Part shown: positions 23,536 to 34,762 of the stretch, piece after piece
How the letters are laid out: the number at the start of each line of letters is the position of its first letter
Position numbering within the stretch: position 1 is the first letter of the stretch
Source: an uncultured Clostridia bacterium
GTDB taxonomy: Bacteria; Bacillota; Clostridia; TANB77; CAG-508
Direction: 5' to 3'
Length of the DNA stretch: 64,000 bases
Assembly: GCA_944389395.1 (NCBI GenBank)
Contig: CALXME010000001.1
Coordinates: 67,957 to 131,956, forward strand
Made by a program: the position numbers and the translations under genes
The notes under the pieces: generated by a model
Databases searched by the model: none
The model's input: the letters and a program-made list of their open reading frames with translations, nothing else
Told to the model about the DNA's origin: nothing

Positions 23536-23897
23536 AACAGGAGATTGGTAGAAAAGGAGAAGATATTGTTTGTAAATATTTAAAAGAAAATAATTATATT
23601 ATTGTTGAAAGAAATTTTACTTGTAGACAGGGAGAAATAGATATTATTGCAAAAGATAAGGATACTCAAGAGATTGTATTAATAGAAGTTAAAACACGTC
23701 AAAATAAGTTTTTCGGAACTCCTGCAGAAGCGGTTGTAAAGAAAAAACAGAAGCATATTTTGCAAGTGGGAAAATATTATTTATATCAAAGACATTTGGA
23801 AAATAATTTTATTAGATTAGATGTTATTGAAGTGTATTTAAAGCAAAATGATTTTCAAATAAATCATATTAAACAAGCTTTTGTGAATAATATGTGA
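23526..23897 (+). CDS. yraN: YraN-family (UPF0102) endonuclease
   Basis: KGEDIVCKYL..GEIDIIAKD..IEVKTR pattern. Follows dprA in the usual order. Confidence 0.7.
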   Translation: MHIKQEIGRKGEDIVCKYLKENNYIIVERNFTCRQGEIDIIAKDKDTQEIVLIEVKTRQNKFFGTPAEAVVKKKQKHILQVGKYYLYQRHLENNFIRLDVIEVYLKQNDFQINHIKQAFVNNM

Positions 23898-23965
23898 AAT
23901 GATTGTTTTGGTAAAATTTTTATGATATACTAAATATAGGAAAGCCATAGATAGGAAGTGATGAA

Positions 23966-24667
23966 ATGGCATATATTAGTTTTGAAAATGTTTGTAAAGA
24001 ATATAAAATGGGAGAAATAATTATTAAAGCTCTGGAAAATACCAATTTTGAGATTGAAAAAGGGGAATTAGTAGTTATTGTAGGACCTAGTGGAGCAGGA
24101 AAAACAACAACATTAAATATATTGGGTGGAATGGATGATGCAACATCTGGAAAAGTAATTGTAGATGGTAAAGATGTTACGAAATTGAAAAATAAAGATT
24201 TGATTCGATATCGTAGAGAGGATATTGGATTTGTTTTCCAATTTTATAATCTAGTTCAAAATTTGACTGCAAAAGAAAATGTAGAGCTAGCAACTCAAAT
24301 CTGCAAAGATTCTTTAGACCCAGAAGAAGTATTAGAAAAGGTGGGTTTAGCAGAACGAAAAAACAACTTTCCTTCTCAATTATCAGGAGGAGAGCAACAA
24401 AGAGTAGCTATTGCAAGAGCAATTGCTAAAAATCCTAAATTATTATTATGTGATGAACCAACAGGGGCTTTGGATTATAAAACAGGTAAACAAATATTAA
24501 AATTATTACAAGATACGGCAAGAAAAGAAAATATGACAGTATTAATTATTACTCATAATGTAGCTATTGCACCAATGGCAGACAAAGTAATTCACTTTAA
24601 AAATGGTACTGCCGAAAGTGTAGAAATAAATGAACATATAAAATCAGTAGATGAAATTGAATGGTAA
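23966..24667 (+). CDS. ABC transporter ATP-binding protein (MacB/FtsE-like)
   Basis: Walker [10 protein letters not shown], signature [14 protein letters not shown], Walker B LLLCDEPT. Confidence 0.85.
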   Translation: MAYISFENVCKEYKMGEIIIKALENTNFEIEKGELVVIVGPSGAGKTTTLNILGGMDDATSGKVIVDGKDVTKLKNKDLIRYRREDIGFVFQFYNLVQNLTAKENVELATQICKDSLDPEEVLEKVGLAERKNNFPSQLSGGEQQRVAIARAIAKNPKLLLCDEPTGALDYKTGKQILKLLQDTARKENMTVLIITHNVAIAPMADKVIHFKNGTAESVEINEHIKSVDEIEW

Positions 24668-24697
24668 CAAAAACTTATTCTTTTTGGAGGTGAACTA

Positions 24698-27600
24698 ATG
24701 AAAAAAGCTTTGTATAAAGATGCTGTTAAAGAAATAAAAAATACATATAAGCGTTTTATTTCCATTTTATTGATGGCATTTTTAGGAGTGGGCTTTTTTG
24801 CTGGAATTCGAGCAACGTCACCAGATATGATAAATACATTACATACTTATTATGAAGCACAAAATTTTTATGATATTCAAGTTTTATCTACACTAGGTTT
24901 AACACAAGAAGATATAGATGCAATAAAGCAGATAGATGGGGTTAAGAATGTTGTTGGTACTTATGAAACAGATGCTGTTATTGAGCTCGAGCGAGCAGAA
25001 ATAATTGCAAAAGTAATGTGTATAGAAGAAATTAATCAACCTGTATTATTAGAAGGAAGAATGCCTGAGAAAAGTACAGAATGTTTAGTCGAAGAAAGCT
25101 TTTTAAAAGGAACAAATAAGAACATAGGAGATAGTATTCAAGTTGAAATAGAAGATACTACAAATGAAGAACAGGAGAAAATTCCATATTTAAAAGAAAA
25201 AGAAATGACAATTGTAGGAACAGTAAGAAGTCCATTATATCTTACACAAGTTCAGGGTACAAGTAAATTAGGAGCTGGAAAGATAAATTATTATATATTA
25301 ATTCCGAAAGAAAATATAAATGCTTCTGAAACTTTTATACAAATATATATAACAATTGAAAATGTTGATAAATTAATAACTTCTAGTACTGTATATGAAG
25401 AAAAAGTAAATGAGATAAAAACACAAATAGAAAATTTAAAAGAAGAAAGGCAACAGGCAAGATATGATAAATTAGTGGGAAATGCAAATCAAAAAGTAGA
25501 AGAAGCACAAGCTGCTTTAGATAAGGAAAAACAAGATGCACAAACAAAAATACAAGAAGCAACACAAGAAATCGAAAATGGTAAAAAAGAAATAGAAGAT
25601 GGAGAAATACAACTAGCTAACAATGAACAAAAAGTACAAAATGAATTTGCAAATGCAACTAAACAAATACAGTCAGGAAAACAGCAAATAGAACAAAGTG
25701 AAAAAGAATTTTTAGAAAAACAGCAACAGGCAGAACAACAATTCGAAGAATTAGAATTGCAAAAACAGGATTTACAAACACAATTAGGAAGTGTGAAAGA
25801 GGGATTACAAACAATTGATAATAATTGTAAACAAATAGAACAAGCTTTGCAAAATCCTTTATTGCCAGAAGAAGAAAAAATAAAATTAGAGCAACAAAAA
25901 CAAGAATTAGAAAAACAAAAAACATCTTTAACAGCAACAAAGAGTCAAATAGAAGATGGAATAACAGCAATAGACACAGGAATTTCATCAGGAAGGCAAG
26001 AATTGCAAGAAGGAAGTAATCAAATACAGCAAGCAAAAAAAGAACTAGAAAGTAAAGAAGCGCAATTTTATGCTACTAAAAAGACAACAACAGCTCAATT
26101 ACAAAATGCAAGGTCAGAATTAGAAGAGGCTAAACAAAAGATTTTAGATGGAGAAAAAGAATTACAGGAAAACACAAAAGAATTTGAAGAAAAAATAAAA
26201 GAAGCTGAAGCAGAATTAGTAGATGCTAGGGAAAAAATTGCAGAAATCGAACATCCTAAATGGTATGTATTAGATAGAAATGCAAATACAGGATATGCTA
26301 GTTTTATACAAGATACAGAAAGTGTTGCTAATATCGGAAAGGTTTTCCCAATTGTATTTTTTATTGTAGCAACTTTAATATCTTTGACTTCTATGACTAG
26401 AATGGTAGAAGAACAAAGAACACAAATAGGAACTCTAAAAGCATTGGGATATCATAAATTACAAATTGCTACTAAATACATTATTTATGCAAGTTTAGCC
26501 TGCATATTAGGTGGAATTTTAGGAATGGGTGTAGGTTTTGTTTTAATTCCTAAAGTAATTTGGATGATGTATGAAATGCTCTATCAAATAAGTGATATTG
26601 TTTTGAGTTTCGATTGGTATAATGGAAGTATAGGATTAGTTTTAATGAGTTTTTGTATGATAGGAGCTACTACTTATGTGACTTGGAAGGAATTGGTGAA
26701 TACACCAGCTACATTAATGAGGCCTAAAGCTCCTAAAATGGGAAAAAGAGTATTATTGGAAAGGATTACTTGGATTTGGAAACGTCTTAGTTTTTCTCAA
26801 AAAGTTACTATTAGAAATATTTTTCGTTATAAGAAGAGAGTACTAATGACAATTATAGGAATTTTAGGATGTACATCTCTTATTCTAGCTGGTTTTGGAT
26901 TAAAAGATTCTATTTCTCAGATTATGCCAAATCAATTTGAAAAAGTATTTTCTTATGATATGCAGATTAGTTTGAAAAGTGGTTTAGACAAAGAACAGCA
27001 AGAACAAATAAAACAATATATACAATCTAAAGAAGAGGTTGGAAAAAGTATAGAAACTTATATGTCTTCTGGAACAGTTAAAAGTGGAGAATTGGAAGAA
27101 GATGTTCAAATTATCGTACCAAAAGAAAAAAATGAAATAAAAGATATAATCAATTTAGTAGATATTACTTCTAAACAACAGATAAATTTGCCAGATGATG
27201 GAGTATGTTTAACAGATAAAGCAGCTCAACTTTTAGGAGTGAAAGTAGGAGATTGGATTACTTTAATAGATACAGATGAAGAAGAAAAACAAGTAAAAAT
27301 ATCATATGTTGTGGAAAATTATGTTTCTCATTACATTTATTTATCTAGCCAAGTTTATGAAGAGTTATATCAAAAAGATTATGAAACAAATGTTATACTT
27401 GTTCAAAATAAGGAATTATCTGCTGAACAGGAAGATAATTTTGCAACAGATTTAATTGGACAAAATGAAGTGGCAACTGTTAATAGAATATCAACTATGG
27501 TAAAATCAATGGATGATACATTAAAGTCATTAAATTATGTGGTTCTTGTTTTAATTGTTTCTGCTGGATTATTAGCATTTGTTGTTTTATATAACTTATC

Positions 27601-27931
27601 AAATGTTAATATTAGTGAAAGAATTCGTGAATTAGCAACAATTAAAGTTTTAGGTTTTTATGACAAAGAGGTATATTCTTATGTGACAAGAGAAACTATT
27701 TTGTTAACTTTGATAGGAATAACATTAGGTTTAATAGGAGGATATTTCTTAAGTTATTTTATTATTGATACTTGTGAAACTAATATGTTACGTTTTAATA
27801 AAGTAGTAGAGCCAATAAGTTATGTGTATGCAACACTTATTACAATTGCATTTACTGTAATTGTTAATATTGTTACTTATTTTGCATTGAAAAAGATTGA
27901 TATGATTGAGAGTTTAAAAAGTGTAGAATAA
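24698..27931 (+). CDS. FtsX-family ABC permease (two FtsX domains) with a long extracellular Q/E-rich coiled-coil insert
   Basis: 1077 aa. TM helices flank an approximately 300-aa coiled-coil region (25380-26270). C-terminal FtsX domain. Confidence 0.75.
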   Translation: MKKALYKDAVKEIKNTYKRFISILLMAFLGVGFFAGIRATSPDMINTLHTYYEAQNFYDIQVLSTLGLTQEDIDAIKQIDGVKNVVGTYETDAVIELERAEIIAKVMCIEEINQPVLLEGRMPEKSTECLVEESFLKGTNKNIGDSIQVEIEDTTNEEQEKIPYLKEKEMTIVGTVRSPLYLTQVQGTSKLGAGKINYYILIPKENINASETFIQIYITIENVDKLITSSTVYEEKVNEIKTQIENLKEERQQARYDKLVGNANQKVEEAQAALDKEKQDAQTKIQEATQEIENGKKEIEDGEIQLANNEQKVQNEFANATKQIQSGKQQIEQSEKEFLEKQQQAEQQFEELELQKQDLQTQLGSVKEGLQTIDNNCKQIEQALQNPLLPEEEKIKLEQQKQELEKQKTSLTATKSQIEDGITAIDTGISSGRQELQEGSNQIQQAKKELESKEAQFYATKKTTTAQLQNARSELEEAKQKILDGEKELQENTKEFEEKIKEAEAELVDAREKIAEIEHPKWYVLDRNANTGYASFIQDTESVANIGKVFPIVFFIVATLISLTSMTRMVEEQRTQIGTLKALGYHKLQIATKYIIYASLACILGGILGMGVGFVLIPKVIWMMYEMLYQISDIVLSFDWYNGSIGLVLMSFCMIGATTYVTWKELVNTPATLMRPKAPKMGKRVLLERITWIWKRLSFSQKVTIRNIFRYKKRVLMTIIGILGCTSLILAGFGLKDSISQIMPNQFEKVFSYDMQISLKSGLDKEQQEQIKQYIQSKEEVGKSIETYMSSGTVKSGELEEDVQIIVPKEKNEIKDIINLVDITSKQQINLPDDGVCLTDKAAQLLGVKVGDWITLIDTDEEEKQVKISYVVENYVSHYIYLSSQVYEELYQKDYETNVILVQNKELSAEQEDNFATDLIGQNEVATVNRISTMVKSMDDTLKSLNYVVLVLIVSAGLLAFVVLYNLSNVNISERIRELATIKVLGFYDKEVYSYVTRETILLTLIGITLGLIGGYFLSYFIIDTCETNMLRFNKVVEPISYVYATLITIAFTVIVNIVTYFALKKIDMIESLKSVE

Positions 27932-27963
27932 AAAAGATTAGATTATAAAATGGAGGAATAAAG

Positions 27964-28464
27964 ATGAGTGGAGAAAAGAGAAAGGATTATATTACTTGGG
28001 AAGAATATTTTATGGCTATTGCAAAATTATCTGCTATGAGAAGTAAAGATCCAAATACACAGGTAGGAGCTTGTATTGTTAGTAAAGATAAGAGAATTTT
28101 ATCAATAGGATATAATGGTGCACCTAATGGATTTGATGACGAAAAGTTTCCTTGGTCAAGGGAAGGTGAAAATTTGAATACAAAATATCCTTATGTTTGC
28201 CATGCAGAATTAAATGCTATTTTGAATTTTAGAGGGAGTAGAAAAGATTTAGAGGGTGCTAAAATTTATGTGGATTTATTTCCTTGTAATGAATGTGCAA
28301 AAATGATTATACAATCTGGAATTAAAGAAGTTGTTTATTTGTCTGATAAATATGCCGATTCTGATAATAATATTGCTTCTCGAAAATTATTTGATGAGTG
28401 TGGGGTTTCTTATCGTAAATTACAAGTAGATGGAGCAAAGGAAATAAGATTGTCTTTAGAGTAA
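27964..28464 (+). CDS. dCMP deaminase (ComEB-like)
   Basis: Zinc motifs HAELNAI and PCNECAKMI. Confidence 0.8.
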   Translation: MSGEKRKDYITWEEYFMAIAKLSAMRSKDPNTQVGACIVSKDKRILSIGYNGAPNGFDDEKFPWSREGENLNTKYPYVCHAELNAILNFRGSRKDLEGAKIYVDLFPCNECAKMIIQSGIKEVVYLSDKYADSDNNIASRKLFDECGVSYRKLQVDGAKEIRLSLE

Positions 28465-28544
28465 GATTTTTAGTTTGTTAAAATAAAGTAAAAACTTATA
28501 TGATTTTACTATGTTAAAAATTCACAGTTAACATATTAATAATT

Positions 28545-28639
28545 CAAAAAACCTGATATATAGATATTTTTAATCAAAACATAGCTGGGGCGTAACAATC
28601 CGGGTCTTGATTTTCAAATATCTATATATCAGGTTTTTC
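28545..28639 (+). repeat. Structured ~95-nt element, copy A: 18-bp AT-rich stem enclosing a loop with the conserved core CAAAACATAGCTGGGG, then a U-run
   Basis: Arms CCTGATATATAGATATTT / AAATATCTATATATCAGG, seen directly in sequence. Homologous copy at 40285..40373. Confidence 0.6.
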
Positions 28640-28773
28640 TAATATTATATAAGATAGCTCTAAATTGTAACAATTATTACAAATTGTAAATTTTTTTTGA
28701 AAAAACTGTACAATTTAAAAAAAGAAATATATAATAAATGCCAAAGGGAAAGAAAAACTGGAGGAAATAGTGT

Positions 28774-30939
28774 ATGGGGAATATAGTATTATTAGATGAA
28801 CTAACAATAAATCAAATAGCGGCAGGGGAAGTAATTGAAAGACCTGCTTCTGTTATTAAAGAAATGGTTGAAAATTCTATAGATGCAGGTGCTACTAATA
28901 TAACGGTAGAAATAAAAAATGGAGGAATTTCTTATATTAAAGTAACAGATAATGGTAAAGGAATAGCACAAGATGATTTGGAAATTGCATTTGAAAGGCA
29001 TGCTACTAGCAAAATAAGAACAGCAGATGATTTAAATACTGTAACTTCTATGGGATTTAGAGGTGAGGCATTAGCAAGTATTGCAGCAATTGCAAATGTA
29101 GAATTAATTTCTAAAACACAAGAACAAGAAATTGGCTATAAGGTGGTTGTAGAAGCTGGAGATGTTTTGTCAAAAGAAGAAGTTGGCTGTCAAACAGGTA
29201 CTTCTATTACAGTTAGGAATTTATTTTTTAATACACCAGTAAGATATAAGTTCTTAAAAAAAGATTATACAGAATCAGGATATATTGAAGATGTTATTAC
29301 AAGGATTGCATTAGTAAATCCGAATATTGCAATTAAATTAATCAATACAGGAAAAACAGTGATTCAAACAAATGGTAGTGGAGATTTGAAAAATGTGATT
29401 TATAGCATTTATGGGAAAGATGTTGCTAATAGTGTTTTAGAAGTATCTTATATATACGAAGATATTACGGTAAAAGGGGTGATTGGAAAACCAGAAATTG
29501 CTAGATCTAACAGGTCACAACAATTGTTTTTTGTAAATAAAAGATATATTAAAGATAAGACTTTATCTGCAGCAACAGAGCAAGCATATAAGGGATTAAT
29601 TCCAATTGGTAAGTTTGGATTTGTGGTGTTAAATATAGAGATGAATCCAGCGAAAGTAGATGTTAATGTACATCCAGCTAAGTTGGAAGTAAGATTTGAA
29701 GAAGAAAATAAAGTGTTCCAATCTATTTATCATGCAATAAAAGATACTTTATTAAAATCAGAATTAGTCGCAAATTCTGAAACTTCAGGTGGTTTATTTG
29801 AATTTAGAAAACAACATCAAAAAGAGATTGAACGATATACACAAGAAGAAAGTGAAATAAAAACAAATAATATCGACACTTCTGATGTTTTGAAACAATT
29901 AAAACAGATGAAAGAAAACTTAGAAAATGAGTTAGAACAAAATAAGGTAGAAGTAGATGGTGTTGCTGAGCCAGAAGGAGAAAACTATCAAATACCAAAA
30001 ACGGAAGAAGAGTCAAATGAAGAAACTGAAGAGAAAGAACAACAACAGACAGAAAAAAAAGAAACACCAAATGAAATAGAAATAGGAAGTACAGATAAAA
30101 TGGAACAAGTGCAAAATAAGATAGAAGAAATTCAAGATGAAGAAGTACAAAATGAGTTTGCACAAATTAAACAAAAAATGCAAGAACTAAATGATAATCC
30201 AAAAGTTGTATCAGAAGATTTTAATGAAATGTATGCTAAATTGTTTGGAAGAGCACCGATAGAAGAAAAGAAAGAAGAGAATATAGCAGAAAAAAGAATG
30301 AATGCAGTAGATTTAATGAAAGATAATGTTTCTGTTTTTGAAAGTATTCCAGAATATCAAAAACCAAATTACAAATTTATTGGAATTGTATTTCAAACAT
30401 ATATTATTTTAGAAATCGAAAATGAGATGTATATTTTAGACCAACATGCAGCACATGAGAGAATTATGTATGAGAAAGTAAAGAAAAATTATTATAGTGA
30501 TGCTAGTAAAGATTCTCAAATGTTATTATTGCCAGATATAATTACTTTAACACATAAAGAAATGGATATTGCAAAAGAAAATAAAGAAATGTTCGAACAA
30601 GCGGGATTTAGTATGGAAGAGTTTGGAGAAAATACAATTAAATTAACAGGAGTTCCAACAGTTTGTATTGATTTAGATACAAAAGAATTATTTTTAGAAA
30701 CTTTAGACCAAATTAATACTGTTGCAAGAACTGCTAAACAAGAAAAAGAAGAAAAGTTTATTGCTACTGTAGCTTGTAAAGCAGCAGTTAAAGCAAATAT
30801 GGCTTTAACTGTACAAGAAGTAGAAAGTTTAATGGATGCTTTGTTACAATTACCAAATCCATTTACTTGTCCACATGGAAGACCTACTGCAATCAAAATG
30901 ACGAAATATGATATAGAAAGAAAATTTGCAAGAAAATAA
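28774..30939 (+). CDS. mutL: DNA mismatch repair protein MutL
   Basis: N-terminal GHKL ATPase motifs (QIAAGEVIERPASVIKEMVENSIDAGAT..), C-terminal dimerisation domain. Confidence 0.9.
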   Translation: MGNIVLLDELTINQIAAGEVIERPASVIKEMVENSIDAGATNITVEIKNGGISYIKVTDNGKGIAQDDLEIAFERHATSKIRTADDLNTVTSMGFRGEALASIAAIANVELISKTQEQEIGYKVVVEAGDVLSKEEVGCQTGTSITVRNLFFNTPVRYKFLKKDYTESGYIEDVITRIALVNPNIAIKLINTGKTVIQTNGSGDLKNVIYSIYGKDVANSVLEVSYIYEDITVKGVIGKPEIARSNRSQQLFFVNKRYIKDKTLSAATEQAYKGLIPIGKFGFVVLNIEMNPAKVDVNVHPAKLEVRFEEENKVFQSIYHAIKDTLLKSELVANSETSGGLFEFRKQHQKEIERYTQEESEIKTNNIDTSDVLKQLKQMKENLENELEQNKVEVDGVAEPEGENYQIPKTEEESNEETEEKEQQQTEKKETPNEIEIGSTDKMEQVQNKIEEIQDEEVQNEFAQIKQKMQELNDNPKVVSEDFNEMYAKLFGRAPIEEKKEENIAEKRMNAVDLMKDNVSVFESIPEYQKPNYKFIGIVFQTYIILEIENEMYILDQHAAHERIMYEKVKKNYYSDASKDSQMLLLPDIITLTHKEMDIAKENKEMFEQAGFSMEEFGENTIKLTGVPTVCIDLDTKELFLETLDQINTVARTAKQEKEEKFIATVACKAAVKANMALTVQEVESLMDALLQLPNPFTCPHGRPTAIKMTKYDIERKFARK

Positions 30940-30951
30940 AGGAGAGAAGAG

Positions 30952-31389
30952 ATGCCAGTTATTATCATTATTACTTTAGCCATATTTTGTGTTTTAATCA
31001 TAGGTACATGGCATTATTTAGGAAATATAGAAAAAACTAAAAAAATAGTATTTATTATTATAGGAATTTTTGTTTCTTATCTGATTACGATGATATTATT
31101 TTCCATTTCTAAATCTGGAGTTACTTATCCAAGTAATGAAATAGAACAAATGGTGCAAAATATGATTGTTACAATTTTTACTGGACTAAATGGAATTTTA
31201 GTACTTCCTTATTTAGGAAGATTATGGGATAAGATAAGTGAGGAAGAAATAACAAAACAACAATTTCAAAAAAGAATTTGTATATTGTTAATTATTACCA
31301 TTATTGTATTTATCCTAGAAATTAATTATTTAAAAGGAGTGCAAAACGGAATTTTAGAAATTTACCAAAAAGCAATAAGTAAAGGATAA
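30952..31389 (+). CDS. Hypothetical small membrane protein
   Basis: Four predicted TM helices. No motif. Confidence 0.4.
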   Translation: MPVIIIITLAIFCVLIIGTWHYLGNIEKTKKIVFIIIGIFVSYLITMILFSISKSGVTYPSNEIEQMVQNMIVTIFTGLNGILVLPYLGRLWDKISEEEITKQQFQKRICILLIITIIVFILEINYLKGVQNGILEIYQKAISKG

Positions 31390-31416
31390 TGTTAAAAAAG
31401 GGGAAGGATTGTTAAA

Positions 31417-32349
31417 ATGCCAAAGGAAAAGGTAATTGTTATTTGTGGAGCTACTGCATCTGGAAAAACGGCATTGTCAATTGAATTAGCAAAAAAAATA
31501 GATGGAGTAATTGTTTCAGCAGATTCAATGCAAATTTATAAAGATATGAATATTGGAACAGCAAAACCTACTGCACAAGAAATGCAAGGGATACCACATT
31601 ATATGATAGATTGTATTTCACCAGAGCAAAGATTTAGTGTAGCAGAGTATAAAAAATTAGCTAAACAAGCTATTAGAAAAATCATAGAAAAAGGTAAAAT
31701 CCCTATTGTTGTTGGTGGGACTGGATTGTATATTGATAGTTTGATTTATGAAATTGAATATCCTAATATAGAATTTGATGAAGAATATAGAAAATTACTA
31801 GAAAAAAAAGTACAAGAAGAGGGATTAGAAACACTGTATCAAGAGGCAAAAAGAATAGATGAAAAAGCTGTTCAAAAAATAAGTCATAATGACCAAAAAA
31901 GAATTTTACGAATTTTAGAAATTTATCACGCAACAGGGAAAACAAAAACACAGCAAGAAGAAGAATCTAGAAAAAAAGAAACAGAATTTGATTATTATGT
32001 ATATGCTTTGAATTGGGATAGAGATGTTTTATATGACAGAATTAATCAAAGAGTAGATATTATGTTGCAACAAGGCTTAGTAAATGAAGTTAGAACTATT
32101 TTAAATAAATATGTACATTTTCCTACTGCTATGCAAGGATTAGGATATAAAGAAGTAGTAGAATATTTAGAAGAAAAATGTACAAAGGAAGAAATGACTG
32201 AAAAGATAAAACAAGAAACAAGAAGATATGCTAAAAGGCAATTAACTTGGTTTAGGAAAAATAAGCAGACTATGTGGCTAGAAGGAAATAAAAGTACAGA
32301 AGAGAATATTCAAGTAATATTGGAGGATATAAATTGGAAAAACAATTAG
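31417..32349 (+). CDS. miaA: tRNA dimethylallyltransferase
   Basis: P-loop VIVICGATASGKTALSIELAK and typical MiaA core. Confidence 0.9.
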   Translation: MPKEKVIVICGATASGKTALSIELAKKIDGVIVSADSMQIYKDMNIGTAKPTAQEMQGIPHYMIDCISPEQRFSVAEYKKLAKQAIRKIIEKGKIPIVVGGTGLYIDSLIYEIEYPNIEFDEEYRKLLEKKVQEEGLETLYQEAKRIDEKAVQKISHNDQKRILRILEIYHATGKTKTQQEEESRKKETEFDYYVYALNWDRDVLYDRINQRVDIMLQQGLVNEVRTILNKYVHFPTAMQGLGYKEVVEYLEEKCTKEEMTEKIKQETRRYAKRQLTWFRKNKQTMWLEGNKSTEENIQVILEDINWKNN

Positions 32350-33596
32350 ATAAAGAGAAACTAACAAAAAATAAAAAAATAATAATATATGTAATTGTTG
32401 TATTAATTATTATTTATGTTGGCTATACTATTTATTTGTTAATCAAACAACCTACAGATGTTTTTACTGTGGAAGAAGGAAAATTATATTTAGAAGAAAC
32501 AGATATAGGTTATGTTATTAGAGAAGAACAAGTGATACAAGGACAAAACTATAAAAATGGAATGGAAAAGTTAAAAGCAGAAGGAGAGAAAGTAGCAAAG
32601 GATGAGGCAACATTTCGTTATTATAGTAAAAATGAGGAATCATTAAAGGAAAAAATTGCAGAACTTGATGTGAAAATCCAAGAAGCAATGGCACAAGAAA
32701 CAAATTTATTTCCTGCAGATATAAAACTATTAGAAAATCAAATAGATGAAAAAGTAAAAATATTGAATAAAATTACAGATGTATCACAAATGACAGAATA
32801 TAAAAAAGAAATAAATGAATTAGTAACAAAGAAAGCAAATATGGTAGGAGAAAATAGCCCACAAGGTTCATATTTTAATCAACTAAGAGAAGAAAGAAGA
32901 AAATATGAAAGTGAGCTAAATGCTGGAGCAGAATATGTAAGTGCACCTGTTAGTGGAATTGTATCTTATAAAGTAGATGGATTAGAAGATGTATTGAAAC
33001 CAACAACAGAATGTTTTTCTACTTTAAGTAAAGAATATTTAGAAAATTTAAATTTAAAAACTGGAAAAGTGATAGCTACAAGTGAAGAATGTGGAAAAAT
33101 TATTAATAATTCTTGTTGTTATATTGCTACTATTTCAAATAGTGAGCAAGCTAAAACGGCAGCAATAGGACAAAGAAATATTAAAGTAAGATTGCCAAAT
33201 AATGCAGAAATTCCAGCAGATATTGTATATATTGCAAAAGAAGATGAAGAGAATTATTTAATTGTTTTAAAAGTGGATAAACAACTGGAAGAATTGACGA
33301 ATTATCGAAAAATCTCTTTTGATTTAATATGGTGGAGTGATTCGGGGTTAAAAGTTCCAAATCAAGCGATTGTAAAAGATGGAGATTTGAATTATGTGGT
33401 AAGAAAAAGGGCTGGATATTTGAGTAAAATTTTAGTAAAAGTAGAAAGACAAGCAGAAAAGTACTCTATTGTGGAACCTTATGAAGCAGATGATTTAAGA
33501 GAATTAGGATTTTCAAACGAAGAAATTGCATCATATAAAAAAATCTCTTTATATGATGAAATTATATTAAATCCGGATTTATCAAAAGTAGAATAG
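32334..33596 (+). CDS. HlyD-like membrane-fusion / periplasmic adaptor family protein (putative)
   Basis: N-terminal TM, coiled-coil, and a beta-barrel-like SAPVSGIVSYKVDGLEDV motif. Confidence 0.4.
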   Translation: MEKQLDKEKLTKNKKIIIYVIVVLIIIYVGYTIYLLIKQPTDVFTVEEGKLYLEETDIGYVIREEQVIQGQNYKNGMEKLKAEGEKVAKDEATFRYYSKNEESLKEKIAELDVKIQEAMAQETNLFPADIKLLENQIDEKVKILNKITDVSQMTEYKKEINELVTKKANMVGENSPQGSYFNQLREERRKYESELNAGAEYVSAPVSGIVSYKVDGLEDVLKPTTECFSTLSKEYLENLNLKTGKVIATSEECGKIINNSCCYIATISNSEQAKTAAIGQRNIKVRLPNNAEIPADIVYIAKEDEENYLIVLKVDKQLEELTNYRKISFDLIWWSDSGLKVPNQAIVKDGDLNYVVRKRAGYLSKILVKVERQAEKYSIVEPYEADDLRELGFSNEEIASYKKISLYDEIILNPDLSKVE

Positions 33597-33784
33597 TTTT
33601 TATCGCTCGTTTGCTCATTTACAAAGTATTAAAAATAATATAATTGTAGTAAAGATATAATATTACAGAAATATTACAAAAATATTAAAATTTTATTACA
33701 TTTTTAAAAAGTATTGACAATATTGTAAAAAAAGTGGATACTTAGTACGAACAATACAAAGGAAATTATTTAGGAGGTTTTTTT

Positions 33785-34261
33785 ATGTCAGGAGCTTTAA
33801 TGAATAAAGTATGGGATTTATTTGGAATGGATTCAGCAGAACCAGATGAATATGATGAAGAAGATGTATATGATTATGAAAATGAAGAGGAAGAAGTAGA
33901 CGATAAAAAGATATTTGGAAGAAAAAATAAAGTGGTTCAAATGCCACAAACACAAACAAATGCAATTAAAATGGTAATATCTCAACCTACTACATTTGAA
34001 CAATCAGATGAAATTTGTAGTTTCTTGAAAGAGAAAAAGTCTGTAATTGTAAATTTAGAATATGTAAATAAAGATGTTGCAAGAAGAATTGTAGATTTTA
34101 TTAGTGGAGGAGTATATGCTTTAGATGGATATATACAAAAAGTATCTAATTCAATTTTCTTAGTAGCACCTTCTAATTATGAAATTACAAATGAAATGGC
34201 AAGAGAAGAAATAAAAAGTAAACTTTCAGTTTCTTGGTTAAAAAATAATGGAATAAACTAA
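33785..34261 (+). CDS. sepF: Cell division protein SepF
   Basis: C-terminal SepF domain VIVNLEYVNKDVARRIVDFISGGVYALDGYIQKVSNSIFLVAPSN. Confidence 0.8.
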   Translation: MSGALMNKVWDLFGMDSAEPDEYDEEDVYDYENEEEEVDDKKIFGRKNKVVQMPQTQTNAIKMVISQPTTFEQSDEICSFLKEKKSVIVNLEYVNKDVARRIVDFISGGVYALDGYIQKVSNSIFLVAPSNYEITNEMAREEIKSKLSVSWLKNNGIN

Positions 34262-34306
34262 TTAAAAGTAAAGATACTATCTTTGCGTCTTTTCAAGGAG
34301 GAAAAA

Positions 34307-34762
34307 ATGATAACACCACTAGATATCGAAAATAAAAAATTTTCTAAACAAATGATGAATGGTTATAGTGTAGAAGAAGTAGATGATTTTTTAGATGATT
34401 TAACAGTAGATTATAGTAAAAATTATAAAGAAATTACAGAATTAAGAACAAAAGTGGAAGAACTAAATAAAAGTTTACAACATTATAAAACAATTGAAGA
34501 AACTTTACAAAACACTTTAGTAATGGCGCAAACAACAGCTGAAGATGTAAAAAATGTTGCAAAACAACAAGCTGATCAAATTATCAATGAAGCAAAAGGA
34601 ACAGCACAAAAACAAGCAAATGATTTAGAAAATGAAATCCTATCTAAAAAGAAAGAATTAGATGATGTAAAAAAACAATTTGATATATATAAAGCAAAAA
34701 TGGAATCATTGTTGATTTCGCAATTAGAGTTATTAAAAGATATAAATAAAGAAGATAATTAA
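34307..34762 (+). CDS. divIVA: DivIVA
   Basis: AAGGAGG RBS. MITPLDIENKKFSK.. N-terminal DivIVA motif plus coiled-coil. Confidence 0.8.
   Translation: MITPLDIENKKFSKQMMNGYSVEEVDDFLDDLTVDYSKNYKEITELRTKVEELNKSLQHYKTIEETLQNTLVMAQTTAEDVKNVAKQQADQIINEAKGTAQKQANDLENEILSKKKELDDVKKQFDIYKAKMESLLISQLELLKDINKEDN

Noticed and set aside
25383-26036. Minus-strand ORFs (60 and 125 aa) inside the ABC permease coiled-coil region; similar ORFs inside mutL, ftsK, the GH15 gene and alaS
   Set aside because: Leu/Phe-rich antisense artefacts of K/E-rich AT-rich coding sequence. Fully nested in well-supported plus-strand genes.
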